From positions 66,768,862 through 66,832,861 of the forward strand of contig NC_090399.1 of NCBI RefSeq assembly GCF_036365525.1: 64,000 nucleotides of DNA, written 5' to 3'. How positions within the stretch are numbered: position 1 is the first letter of the stretch; each line of letters begins with the position of its first letter. Of this stretch, positions 38,580-48,719 are shown in pieces. Below the pieces are notes generated by a model that saw only the letters and a program-made list of their open reading frames with translations, had not been told where the DNA came from and made no database searches. The DNA comes from Heterodontus francisci (taxonomy: Eukaryota). Made by a program: the position numbers and the translations under genes.

Positions 38580-40077
38580 TGATTGAGGCCATGGCGAGGC
38601 AATGTTCTTTGGGAACTGGGCTGACCGATCCCTTGTCCCCTTCACCATCAGGTCAGATTACCTGAAGGTGCTGGGGATATGGTTCGGAAGGGCCGGGGCA
38701 TGCACCCAAACCTGGGAGGAGCGAGTAGCCAAGGTACAACACAAGTTGAGCATGTGGGGGCAGTGATCTCTCTCCATTGTGGGTAAGAACCTGGTCATCA
38801 GTTGCGAGGCGCTCACGTTGTTGCTGTTCGTGGCGCAGGTCTGGCCCATACCCCACTCCTGCACTGTGGCGGTCACCCAAGCCATTTTCCGCTTCATCTG
38901 GGGATCTAAAATGGACCGGATCCGGAGGGACACGATGTTCAAACCTCTGGATAAGGGCGGAAAAAATGTATCCAACGTGGCCCTCATCCTGATGACCACC
39001 TTCGTGTGCGGCTGCATCAAGCTGTGTGTAGATCTCCAGTACGTAAACTCCAAGTGTCACTACGTGCTGAGGTTCTGTCTGTCCCCGGTGTTGCGAAGGA
39101 TGGGCCTGGTCACATTGCTGTGGAACGCTCCATGCAGTTGGACCGTGCCGTACCACCTATCCTTCGTGGAGCAGTTTCTGCGGGAAAACACCTTTGACCA
39201 CTGATCCATCAGCAGTGGTCTGCACGGAATGTCCTCAAGGCCCTACGGGAAAAGGAGACGGTGGATCCTGTTGGATGGTTCCCCGAGCAGACCGTCAAAG
39301 TCATTTGGCGGAATGCCTCATCACCAGAACTTTCAAACAAGCACCAAGACGTAGCTTGGCTGGTGGTGAGAAGGGCGCTCCCCGTCAGATCCTTCCTGCA
39401 CGCCCGAAGTCTCGCCCCCTCCGCACAATGCCCCTGCGGTGGCTGTGGTGGGGAAGAGACGGTCGCCCACCTCCTCCTGGAATGTGCCTTTGCAAAGCAG
39501 GTGTGGAAAGAGATGCAGTGGTTTTTGTCGAGGTTCATCCCAAGCAGCTCTGTAACACAGGAGTCTGTGCTCTATGGGCTGTTCCCAGGGACACACACTG
39601 AGACAAACATCAACTGCTGCTGGAGGACTATCAATTTGGTGAAAGACGCCCTTTGGTCTGCCCGAAACTTTCTGTCTTCCAGCGCAAAGAGTTGTCCACG
39701 ACCGAATGTTGCAGACTGGCACATTCCAAGGTCCAGGACTAGGTGCTGAGGGACGCACTAAAGCTTGGGGCAGCCGCAGCAAAGGCTCAATGGGGAAAGA
39801 CCACAGTGTAAGGTCCCCCCACCAAGCTGAACTGAGGGGCTGGACCCATGGAAAACCCCTCGAACTGTATCGGGAAAATTTTGTGTGCTGTAAAATGCAA
39901 AAATGTATGTGGCATGAAAATGAAATGGAAGGGTTGTGAGGCAACTCATGATTGTATAGAAGGAAACTGATCATCTTTGCACTGGTTGTATTTTTTGACG
40001 ATGCTGTTTTAAACTGTTTGGGAATGTAATTTTTGCAGATTTTTATGAATAAAGTATATTTTGGAAAATAAAAAAAA
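38580..40077 (+). mobile_element. Tx1/L1-clade LINE 3' fragment (degenerate ORF2 C-terminus)
   Basis: Motifs YLKVLGIWF, FRFIWG, GG..V.N and a CCHC zinc knuckle (CPCGGCGGEETVAHLLLEC). AATAAA plus poly(A) tail. 18-bp TSD AGTGCCTTATCAATCCCA at 38562-79 and 40078-95. Confidence 0.9.
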
Positions 40078-40905
40078 AGTGCCTTATCAATCCCACCATG
40101 GCTATGCAAGACCACCTACATGTGGTCATATCCTGCTCTCAGCAGGTGGGAGGGGGTGGGTTTGGGTCCATACCAGCAATGATGTGATATGTACATCTTA
40201 ATAAGGCAGGAGGAAATCATTCACACATAGTCTGAGAGGTCATTGTCTGAGAACTGTTGTAGACAATGTTTGATGTTGTAATAGTCTGAGACGACCACCT
40301 TAATGACATGTCCTGACTCGGGTGTGTGTCGGGTTTCTGTGTGTGTCCTTGTTCAGTTAAACTGTCTTTATTTTTAACAAGTCCAATATAAGCCCCAATG
40401 ATGAGGTCTTTGGTCGGAATTCCTCTTCTCCCTATGTCCCGATGTCCTCCGCACTCCATGTTTTTACCAGCCTTTGTCAAACTCTGCACATGAAAGCACA
40501 TTAAATCACCAAGTCCCAGTTTATATCTGTAACAAGATATTGTTACAATTTGTCAGAACAGTTAAAACACAAACTGAAATTCAGCAAAAACTGTTACAAT
40601 CAGATAGCTGAATAAAAACATGGCATAAAAATACATTCCCCTCGCAGCACGTACAGAAAATAATCTAAAAGACTAATGAAATGCTGACCTTTATATCTAG
40701 AGGTCCAGGATATAAGGGGGTAGAAGTCACACCTCAGCTATACAAAGCCCTGGTTAGCCTGGAGTTCCTGTGAACAGTTCTGGATACCAGGATGAATATA
40801 TAGGTCTTGGAGGGAGTGCAGCACGGATTTACCAGAATGATGAAATGAGAACAGAAAGTGCCGGAAATACTCAGCAGGTGTGGCAGCATCTGTGGAGAGA
40901 GAAAC

Positions 40906-40946
40906 ACAGTTAACTTTTTAAGTCTGTGACCCTTCATCAGAACTGT
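40906..40946 (-). ncRNA. Degenerate hammerhead-like motif in the second PLE
   Basis: Minus strand reads ACAGTT-CTGATGA-A-GGGTC-ACA-GACTT-AAAAA-GTT-AACTGT: canonical CUGAUGA, 6-bp stem I, GAAAC box mutated. Confidence 0.5.
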
Positions 40947-41314
40947 CAAAGGTTAGAAATGTAACAGTCTTTGAGCAAGTGGAGGAGGGGAGGGGGTGAA
41001 GTAGAACAAGAAGGACAGACTGTGATCGGACGGAGGGGGAGATGTTAAATGAGAGATGTCATGGAATATAATTGTAAATGAAGTGCTAAATAGTTACAGC
41101 AAAAGACAAAGCACAGTCCAGAGAGAGTGTTAAAGGCAGAATAATGAACAGGTTTGTACGAAAACAAAAACATGAAAAATAAGTTTGAGACTAACACATG
41201 GTTAAAAAATAAATAAATAAATCTGAAATATATATTTAAAATAAATACACAAAAAAAATGGGGCTCATGTTCTGAAATTATTGATCTTAATATTGAGTCC
41301 AGAAGGATGTAGAG

Positions 41315-42405
41315 TGCTTGAAGTCTTACTTCAATTGTATAGAACGTCAGTTAGACCGCACCTGGAGTACTGTGTGCAATTTTGGTTCCCTTACCTTAGG
41401 AAGGATATTATTGCCACAGAGAGAGTGCAACAAAGGTTCACTGGACTTGTTCCCAAGATGGCAGTTCTGGTCACCTCATTACAGAAAGGATGTAATTGCA
41501 CCAGAGAGGGTACAGAGGAGGTTTACAAGGATGTTGCCAGGACTGGAAAATGCAGCTATGAGGAAAGATTGGATAGGCTGGGGTTGTTCTCTTTCGAACA
41601 GAGAAGGCTGAGGGGAGATCTGATTGAAATGTATACAATTTTGAGGGGCTTGGATAGAGTGGAGGTGAAGGGTCTATTCACCTTAGCAGAGAGGTCAGTG
41701 ACGAGGGGGAATCGATTTAAAGTGATTGGTACAAAATTAGAGGGGAGATGAGGAAAAACTTGTTCACCCAGAGGGTGGTGGGAGTCTGGAACTCACTGCC
41801 TGAAAGGGTAGTTGAGGCAGAAACCCTCAACTCGTTCAAAAGGAGTCTGGATATACACCTCAAGTGCTGTAATCTGCAGGGCTACGGACCAAATGCTGGA
41901 AGGTGGGATTAGAATAGGTGGATCGTTTTTTGGCCGGCAGGGGCATGATGGGCCAAGTGGCCTCTTTCTGTGCCTTAAACCTTCTATGATTCTATGTCGG
42001 GACTGTCCTATGAAGAGAGATTGGGGAAACTGGGCCTGTATTGTCTAGAGTTTCGAAGAATGTGAGGTGATCTCTTTTAAACCTACAAAATACTTAAAAG
42101 GATAGACAGAGTAGATGCAGGCAGCTACAGGTGATCTGTTCAACAAATCATTTCCTCAATCCAGCAACAGTTCAAAATTAAAGTTCATATGACAAAACAA
42201 ATGTGCCTCGTTCTTGGCAGGTGGGGGCTTACATGAACATGTTTAAAGCAGAGATTGACAGATTTCTAAGTACAAATGACATAAGGGGATATGGGGATAG
42301 TGTGGGGGAAAAAGGCATTGAAGTGGATGATCAGCCATGATCATATTGAATGGCAGAGCAGACTCGATGGGCTGAATGGCCTACTCCTCCTGCTCCTATG
42401 TTCCT
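41315..42405 (+). mobile_element. Two nested CR1 3' fragments (inner copy ~41461-41995 inside an outer copy)
   Basis: LQLYRTSVRPHLEYCVQFW followed by a second QFWSPHYRKD...RFTRMLPGL ending in a CTATGATTCTAT tail. The outer copy resumes (GLSYEER-like) and ends with CCTATGTTCCT. Confidence 0.8.
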
Positions 42406-44664
42406 AGTCAAAAAATGAGGTGCTGTTCCTCGAGCTTGCGTTGATGTTCACTGGAACACTGCTACAGACCAAGAACAGAAATATGGGTATGAGAGCAGGA
42501 AGGAGAATTAAAATTGCAAGCAACCGGAAGCTCAGGATCATGCTTGCAGTCCGAGCAGAGGTGTTCTGCAAAGTGGTCGCCCAGTCTGCGTTTGGTCTCC
42601 CCAATGTAGAGGAGACTGCACTGTGAGCAGTGAATTGAAAGAAGTACAAGTAAATCACTGCTTCACCTGGAGGAAGTGTTTGGGAACTTGGATAGTGAGG
42701 AGAGAGGAGGTAAAAGGGTAGGTATTACACCTGGGATTGCAGGGGAAGGTGTCGTGGAAAAGGGAAGGTGTCGGGGGTAATGGAGGAGTGGACCAGGGTG
42801 TCACTGAGATTATTGATCCTTTCGGAATGCTGACAGGGGAGGGGAGGAGAAGCTGTATTCGGCATCACATTGGAGGTGGTGGAAATGGCGGAGGATGATC
42901 CTTTGGATGTGGAGGCTGGTGGGGTGGAAAGTGAGGACAAGGGGAACCCTGTCACGGTTCTGGGAGGGAGGGGAAGGGGTGAGGGAAGAGGTGCAGGAAA
43001 TGGGCCGGACACGTTTGAGGGCCCTGTCAACCACAGTTGGGGGAGGTATCCTTGGTTGAGGAAAAAGGAAGACCTATCAGAAACGCTGTTGTGGAAGGTG
43101 GCATCATCAGAGCAGATGCGTTGGAGACGGAGAATGTGAGGAAGTGTAGTCAAGGTAGCCGGGGGAGTTGGTGGCTTATAATAAATACTAGTGGACAGCC
43201 TATTCCCAGAGATGGAGACAGAGAAGTCGAGGAGGGGAAGTGTCAGAGATGGATTATGTGAGGGTGGGAGAAGGGTGAAATTTGGAAGTAAAGTTGATAA
43301 AGTTTTCCAGTTCGGGGCGGGAGCAGGAAACGGCATCAATACAGTCATCAATGTACCGGAAAAAGAGTTGGGGGAGGGGGCCTGAGTAGGACTGGAACAA
43401 GGAATGTTCGACATATCCCACAAAAAGACAGGCATAACTAGGACCCATAGCAACATCTTTTATTTGAAGGAAGTGAGTGGAGTTGAAGGAGAAGTTGTTC
43501 AATGTGAGAACAGGTTCAGCCAGGCGGAGGAGGGTGGTGGTGGATGGGGACTGGTTGGGCCTCTGTTCCAGGAAGAAGCGGAGAGCCCTCAAACCATCCT
43601 GGTGGGGGATGGAAGTGTAGAGAGATTAGACGTCCGGAGTGAAGAGGAGGCGGTTAGGGCCAGGAAACTGGGAACTATCAAAATGACGTAGGGAGTTGGA
43701 AGAGTCACGGATGTAGGTGGGAAGAGATTGGACAAGGGGAGAAAAAATAGAATCAAGATAGGAGGCAGTAAGTTCAGTGGGGCAGGAACAGGCTGAAGTG
43801 ATGGGTCTACTGGGACAGTCCTGTTTGTGGATTTTAGGACGGAGATAGAAGCAATCTGTTCGGAGTTGTGAGACTGAGGTGGGAAGCTGTAGAGGGAAGA
43901 TCTCCCGAGGAGATGAGGTCATTGATAGTCCTGGATATGGTAGCTTGATGTTTGGTGATGGTGTCATGGCCCGGGGGAGGTAGGAAGAAGTGTCTGTGAT
44001 TTGGCACTCAGCCTCTGCAATGTAGAGGTCGGTCCACCAGACAACAGCAGCACCAGCCTTGTCAGCAGGTTTGATAACAATATCAGGGTTAGAATTGTAT
44101 TCCATTGAATTTTGCTCTTAATTTACCAGAATAATACCTGGACTCCAAGGGTTAAGCTATGAGGAGAGAATACACAAACTAGGATTGTATTGCATTGAAT
44201 TTAGGTGAAGGGGTGATTTGATGGCCGTTTTTAAGATATTAATGGAGATAGAGAGAAACTTTTTCCACTGTTTGGGGAGTGTAGGACTCGGAGCATTGTC
44301 GAGAAATTAGAGCCAGACCTTTCAGCAGTGAAATTAGGTGATGCTTCTCACAAGGGTGGTAGAAGTTTGGAATTCTCTTCCACAACAGCAACAGTTAATT
44401 TTAAAATGAAGTAGTAGTTTTTTTGTTAGCCAAAGGTATGAAGGGATATGAGGCAAAGGTGGGTCGATGGAATTAGATTGCAGATCAGTCATGAACTCAT
44501 TGAATGAGTAAATGGCCTACTCCTGTTCCTATGTACTTATCTTCCTATGAGTGGTGGTCCCAGGGGGAAGGTGACTGGGAATGATAAAGTTGTCACTATC
44601 TTCCGTCTCTCTCCTCTCTGACTGTCAGTGTCTGGTCACTAACTGAGAATTCCTTGTTTTACAG

Positions 44665-44697
44665 CGGGGGAGAAGACCGGCTATAATCAAGCGAAGA
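44665..44697 (+). CDS. UAA: MHC class I cytoplasmic exon 1 (exon 6 equivalent)
   Basis: CACTAAC branch point, TTGTTTTACAG acceptor and GTAAGT donor. 33 bp, phase 1-1, encoding AGEKTGYNQAK with the Y-x-x-A motif of classical class I tails. Same length as HLA class I exon 6. Confidence 0.9.
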
Positions 44698-44971
44698 GTA
44701 AGTTTACCTCAAACTACAACTGGATCTTCAACTAACTGTGTGAAGAGCAGGAATTGCTGCTAATAGTGTCTGTACAGTGAACAGTTTATTGCTCTGTCTT
44801 CATCTGTGTGTGGTATCTTCCTCTCTGTGTGTATTCCCCTGCCCCCAACAGCATCCCCCTCCCCTCCTACTCCCCCCACCCCACCGCCCGGTCTTTGTGT
44901 GTGTTACCCCCTGTCTGTCTCTCTGTCTCTAATAGTGAACAGATTTTTAATACTTGTCCTTCTATTAACAG

Positions 44972-45018
44972 CTTCTGATAGGGGGGAATCCTCATCAAAC
45001 TCCTCTGCCAATGCCTGA
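44972..45018 (+). CDS. UAA: MHC class I cytoplasmic exon 2 (exon 7 equivalent) with stop codon
   Basis: CTTCTATTAACAG acceptor. Encodes TSDRGESSSNSSANA* (TGA at 45016-18). The exon ends at 45019 before GTATGA and is 48 bp, like HLA exon 7, with an SD/Ser-rich tail. Confidence 0.9.
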
Positions 45019-45384
45019 GGTATGAATATTTCAATAGTATATTCTTCACTGGTCTTCTAACTGGGCTATTACAGTTGGTGTTTCCTGTACAATCTCCTGG
45101 GTGGAATTTGAGTGCAGTGTCTCTCTCTATACACATCAAAGGCTAGATCATACAATTCAACACTCAGCTTTGAGAATGGCCGACTGGAGATGCTGGTCCT
45201 GTTCAGTCTGAGACTGGAGATATGAGTGTTGGGGAGTGATAAAGACTTCTCATAACATTTCCTGTCAGGACGTGGCCTCCTGTCAGCCTCTCAGTTTCAT
45301 CTAAAGGAGGCAGGTTTTCTTCAAATTGTTCACTGGGGTTTCGTGTCGTCTCTCCCCGAGGATTCAGTGTCACTAGTTTTTGGA

Positions 45385-45645
45385 GAGTGAATGGTCTAAT
45401 GAGTTTTGCTGCTGGTGTTCGGATGGGTCTGATGGTGTTTCGAGGGCATCTTGGTTTTGCTGCTGATGTTTGGGGGTGGCAATTGATGGGTTTTGGTGCT
45501 GGTGTTTGGTTGGGTCTGGTGGGTTTTGCTGATATTTGGGTGGGCTTTATGGGTTTTTCTGGTATTTGGATGCATTGATGGGTTCTGTTGAAGTTTGGGT
45601 GGTTCTGGTGGGTTTTGCTGCTGGTGTTTGGTTGGCTCTGATGGA
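45385..45645. repeat. GT-rich degenerate low-complexity repeat in the last intron
   Basis: Recurring GGTTTTGCTGCTGGTGTTTGG and GGTCTG[A/G]TGGG motifs. Confidence 0.6.
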
Positions 45646-45687
45646 TTTGCCTCTCTCTCTAACCATGTATTTATTTCTCTTCCCCAG

Positions 45688-46440
45688 TGGTCTCCCGTGT
45701 CCCGCTGAAATTCCAGGGAGTTCAGTGCACAGTCAGCGGGATGAATTGCTGAATCAGGGAGGGTGGTTTATCATCGAGGTGATGGCGAGTGACTGATCAT
45801 AGCTCTACATCTGTGACTCTGTTTAATTGTAACTGGGGGGGGGGGTTGTTGATTCTGAATGTCTGTACTCTCTGATCATTTTGAACTTTGACCTGTATGG
45901 TTTACTCTGCATATGCTCTGGGAATGTTGAATCATTCACTGATTTCAATGGGGGGGCTTGTTTACACTTTTGCTTTTTAAATGTTAACTGTCTTTGAATC
46001 CTTTTCCTTCATCAAGAATAATTAATGAGCGTGACCCTGATCATCTCCTCACCCTCACTCAGTTTCTGGTTAAATTGTCCGATGTACTAACTGGGAGTGG
46101 AGATACACTCACACTCCGTCCAAGTGGCCCTTGACCAACTGGAACCCACAGGGACTGGTCCCTGGGGCGGGGGAGGGGGGCCTAATCCCCAAGACCATCA
46201 ATCCTGATGGAGGTTGTAGATGGGGTGGGAGAGTGAGGTGGTCCTGCTCTGCGTGACAGTCCCGGGACATGGGAATGTGTTGATCATTGGGAGATCGGGG
46301 AGTGTGATCAGATTTATTTTTTGCTGGGGTTTATGGGGGGAGGGGAGTGGTGGGGCATGTGCTTTGTGAGAGGGGGCTCTGTAATGCAATTTTGTATTCC
46401 CTAAATTCCAATAATAAATGAGGTTTGGACTCCACTTCCT
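45688..46440 (+). other. Probable non-coding terminal exon (3' UTR) of the MHC class I gene
   Basis: CTCTAAC branch point and TTTCTCTTCCCCAG acceptor ending at 45687. AATAAA at 46413-46418 is followed by a T/GT-rich tract. The 3' end is approximate. Confidence 0.65.
46413..46418 (+). terminator. Candidate polyadenylation signal of the MHC class I gene
   Basis: AATAAA about 725 bp into the putative last exon, with a CCTGTCTCTGTCT downstream element, just before TE sequence resumes. Confidence 0.55.
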
Positions 46441-46504
46441 GTCTCTGTCTAATGTATCTAATGGTGGAGAATGTTCAAATCTAACAATGAAAATCCCAGG
46501 TAAC

Positions 46505-48659
46505 TGTTATAACTGAGGTGGACGGAGAATTCTGTTTATTCCAGTTCCACTTCTCTACAAATCACAACATATATATAAATTTTCCCACTTACCGATACGG
46601 TCAATCACAGACTCTATTTTTCCCAGAATAAAACACACCAACCAGGTTTCTTTAATCAACAACAAAATTATCAGTTTATTATAAAACAAGTCTTAACCAG
46701 TAATGGAGTAAAGCATAAACACACAGATTGAAATATTAAAGTTCCCTTTTTACCTTAGACCCCAACATACTCTCTCACACACACACATACACCAATTAAC
46801 CGGGGAAAAAAAAGGGATTTTTATTTTTAGAGCTCTTCTGCAGACCAAAAAAAACACTTGGGCTGAACACTTGTTCATTATTGAAGAAACAGCAGATGAT
46901 ATATGTTGTGTTCCTAAACTGGCATACAGACTGCCTGCCAAGCACACATAGGCAGGTCACTGGGATCTTTTAGAATAGTTCTTTTCAGGCGGAGTTGAGA
47001 ATTAATTTAGCAGGCTTTTGTTCAAAGACAGGAGACAAGGTGAGGTGAGAGTGACTGCCCTTGACATCAAGGCAGCATTTGTACAAATATGACATCAAAG
47101 AACACAAGCAAAAAACTGGAGTCAATGGGAATCGGGGGGAAAAAAAACTCTCTGCTGGTTGGAGTCATACCCAGCACAAAGGAGGATGGTTGTGGTTGTT
47201 GGAGGTCAATCATCTGAGCTCCAGGAGTTCCTCAGGGTTGTGTCCAAGACCCAACCATCTTCAGCTGCTTCATCAATGACCTTCCTTCAATCATAAGGTC
47301 AGAAGTGGGATGTTCGCTGATGATTGCACAATGTTCAGCACCATTCGCAACTCCTCAGATACTGAAACAGTCCGTGTAGAAATGCAGCAAGACCTGACAA
47401 TATCAAGGTTTGGCCTGATATGTGGCAAGTAACATTCGCGCCACACAAATGCAAGGCAATCAGTGTCTCCCAACAAGAGAGAATCTAACCATCTCCCCTT
47501 GACATTCAATGGCATTACAATTGCCGATTCCCCCACCATCAACATCTTGGGGATTACCATTGGCCCGAAATGGAACTGGAGTAGCCGTATAAATACCGTG
47601 GCTACAAAAGCAGGTCAGAGGCTAGGAATCCCCTGGCAATTAACACACCTCCTGACTCCCTAAAGCCTGTCCACCATCTACAAGCACAAGTCAGGAGTGT
47701 GATGGAATACTCTCCACTTGCCTGGAGGGTACAGCTCCAACAACACTCAAGAGGCTCGACACCATCCAGGACAAAGCAGTCTGCTTGATTGGCACCCCGT
47801 CCACAATCATTCCCTCCACCACTGATGCACAGTGGCAGCACTGTGTACCATCTACACGATGCACTGCAGCAATGCACCAATGCTTCATAGGCATCACCTT
47901 CCAAACCCACAATCTCTACCAACTGGAAAGACAAGGGTAGCAGATGCATGGGAACATCACCACCTGCAAGTTCCCCTCCAAGCCACACACCATCCTGACT
48001 TGGAACTATATCGATGTTCTTTGTCGTTGGGTCAAAATCCTGGAACTTCCTTCCTAAAAGTACTGTGGGTGTACCTACCCCAAATGGACTGCAGCCCAAG
48101 TACTGCAAGTGGATCAAGAAGGCAGCTCACCATCACTTTCTCAAGGGAAATTAGAGATGGGTAATAAATGTTGGCATAGTCAGTGACGCCCGTATCCCAT
48201 GAATGAATAAAAGAAAAACAGTAGACTTCTGAGTCTTTTAAGAGGTGCTGGAAAGTGGAGCTGGGTTATGGTCTCTCCTTCCTTGGGAATTCTCTTCTTG
48301 GAAGTTCTCTCCTTGGAGGTTCTCTCCCTTTTTGTACAGTTCAACCCCAACTCAAAACAATTCGAAAGCGAAACTGATAACTGGAGGTCAACCTTTTGAC
48401 CTCGATCAATCTTGACCTGTCACTTCTTTGCAAACAACTTCTCCAAGTGTCCAAAGTTCTCTGTTTATTGAGCTGGAAGTCAGGTGGTTTCCTGGAAAGG
48501 CTTGTTTTCCTCACAAAACCTCTGAGCTTGACTGTTTTTCAACGTCAAGTGGCCTTTACATGACCCCATTTGGAAACCACAAAGTTTAACATTTCTTCAA
48601 TCTTTCAAAAATGAATCCTCAAAAAATATATTTAATAAAACAGAGGCACTTTCGTAACA
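46505..48659 (-). mobile_element. Probable solo LTR (TG...CA) interrupted by a LINE
   Basis: Begins TGTTATAA and ends TTCGTAACA (short terminal inverted repeat), non-coding, with minus-strand AATAAA motifs. No TSD is evident. Confidence 0.5.
47040..48219 (+). mobile_element. L2/CR1-group LINE 3' fragment
   Basis: Remnants of ALDIKAAF, GVPQG, FADD and QVRSVMEYS, with a CCCATGAATGAATAAAAGAAAAA tail. Confidence 0.8.
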
Positions 48660-48719
48660 TCTGCCTGTCGAGCAAATTATTATAAATCAATTAATAAACA
48701 GGCCACAGAGATTTCCAAA

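Larger units (their letters stand above)
40842..44120 (-). mobile_element. Second, older Penelope-like element (frameshifted), itself interrupted by CR1 fragments
   Basis: Minus-strand ORF pieces 43626-44105, 43254-43592 and 42810-43034 match the 34402 protein (IKPADKA, RYIDD, DRVPLVLTFHP). The 3' end at ~40845-41315 is homologous to the first PLE. 15-bp TSD ATTTACCAGAAT[G/A]AT at 40827-41 and 44121-35. Confidence 0.9.
30960..44533 (+). mobile_element. Old degraded CR1 LINE (near-complete ORF2 plus 3' end), fragmented by nested insertions
   Basis: Collinear motif remnants: YRPP (~31298), GDFNF (~31384), SDHNMIEF (~33614), KSPGSDG (~34301), QHGF (~36876), KAFDK|VP (36961/37428), VPQGSVL (~37575), FVDDT (~37657), WQMDFNVGKC (~37772), VQ.GFTRM (~40817) and the CR1 3' end AATGGCCTACTCCTGTTCCTATGT (~44510-44533). 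Confidence 0.85.
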
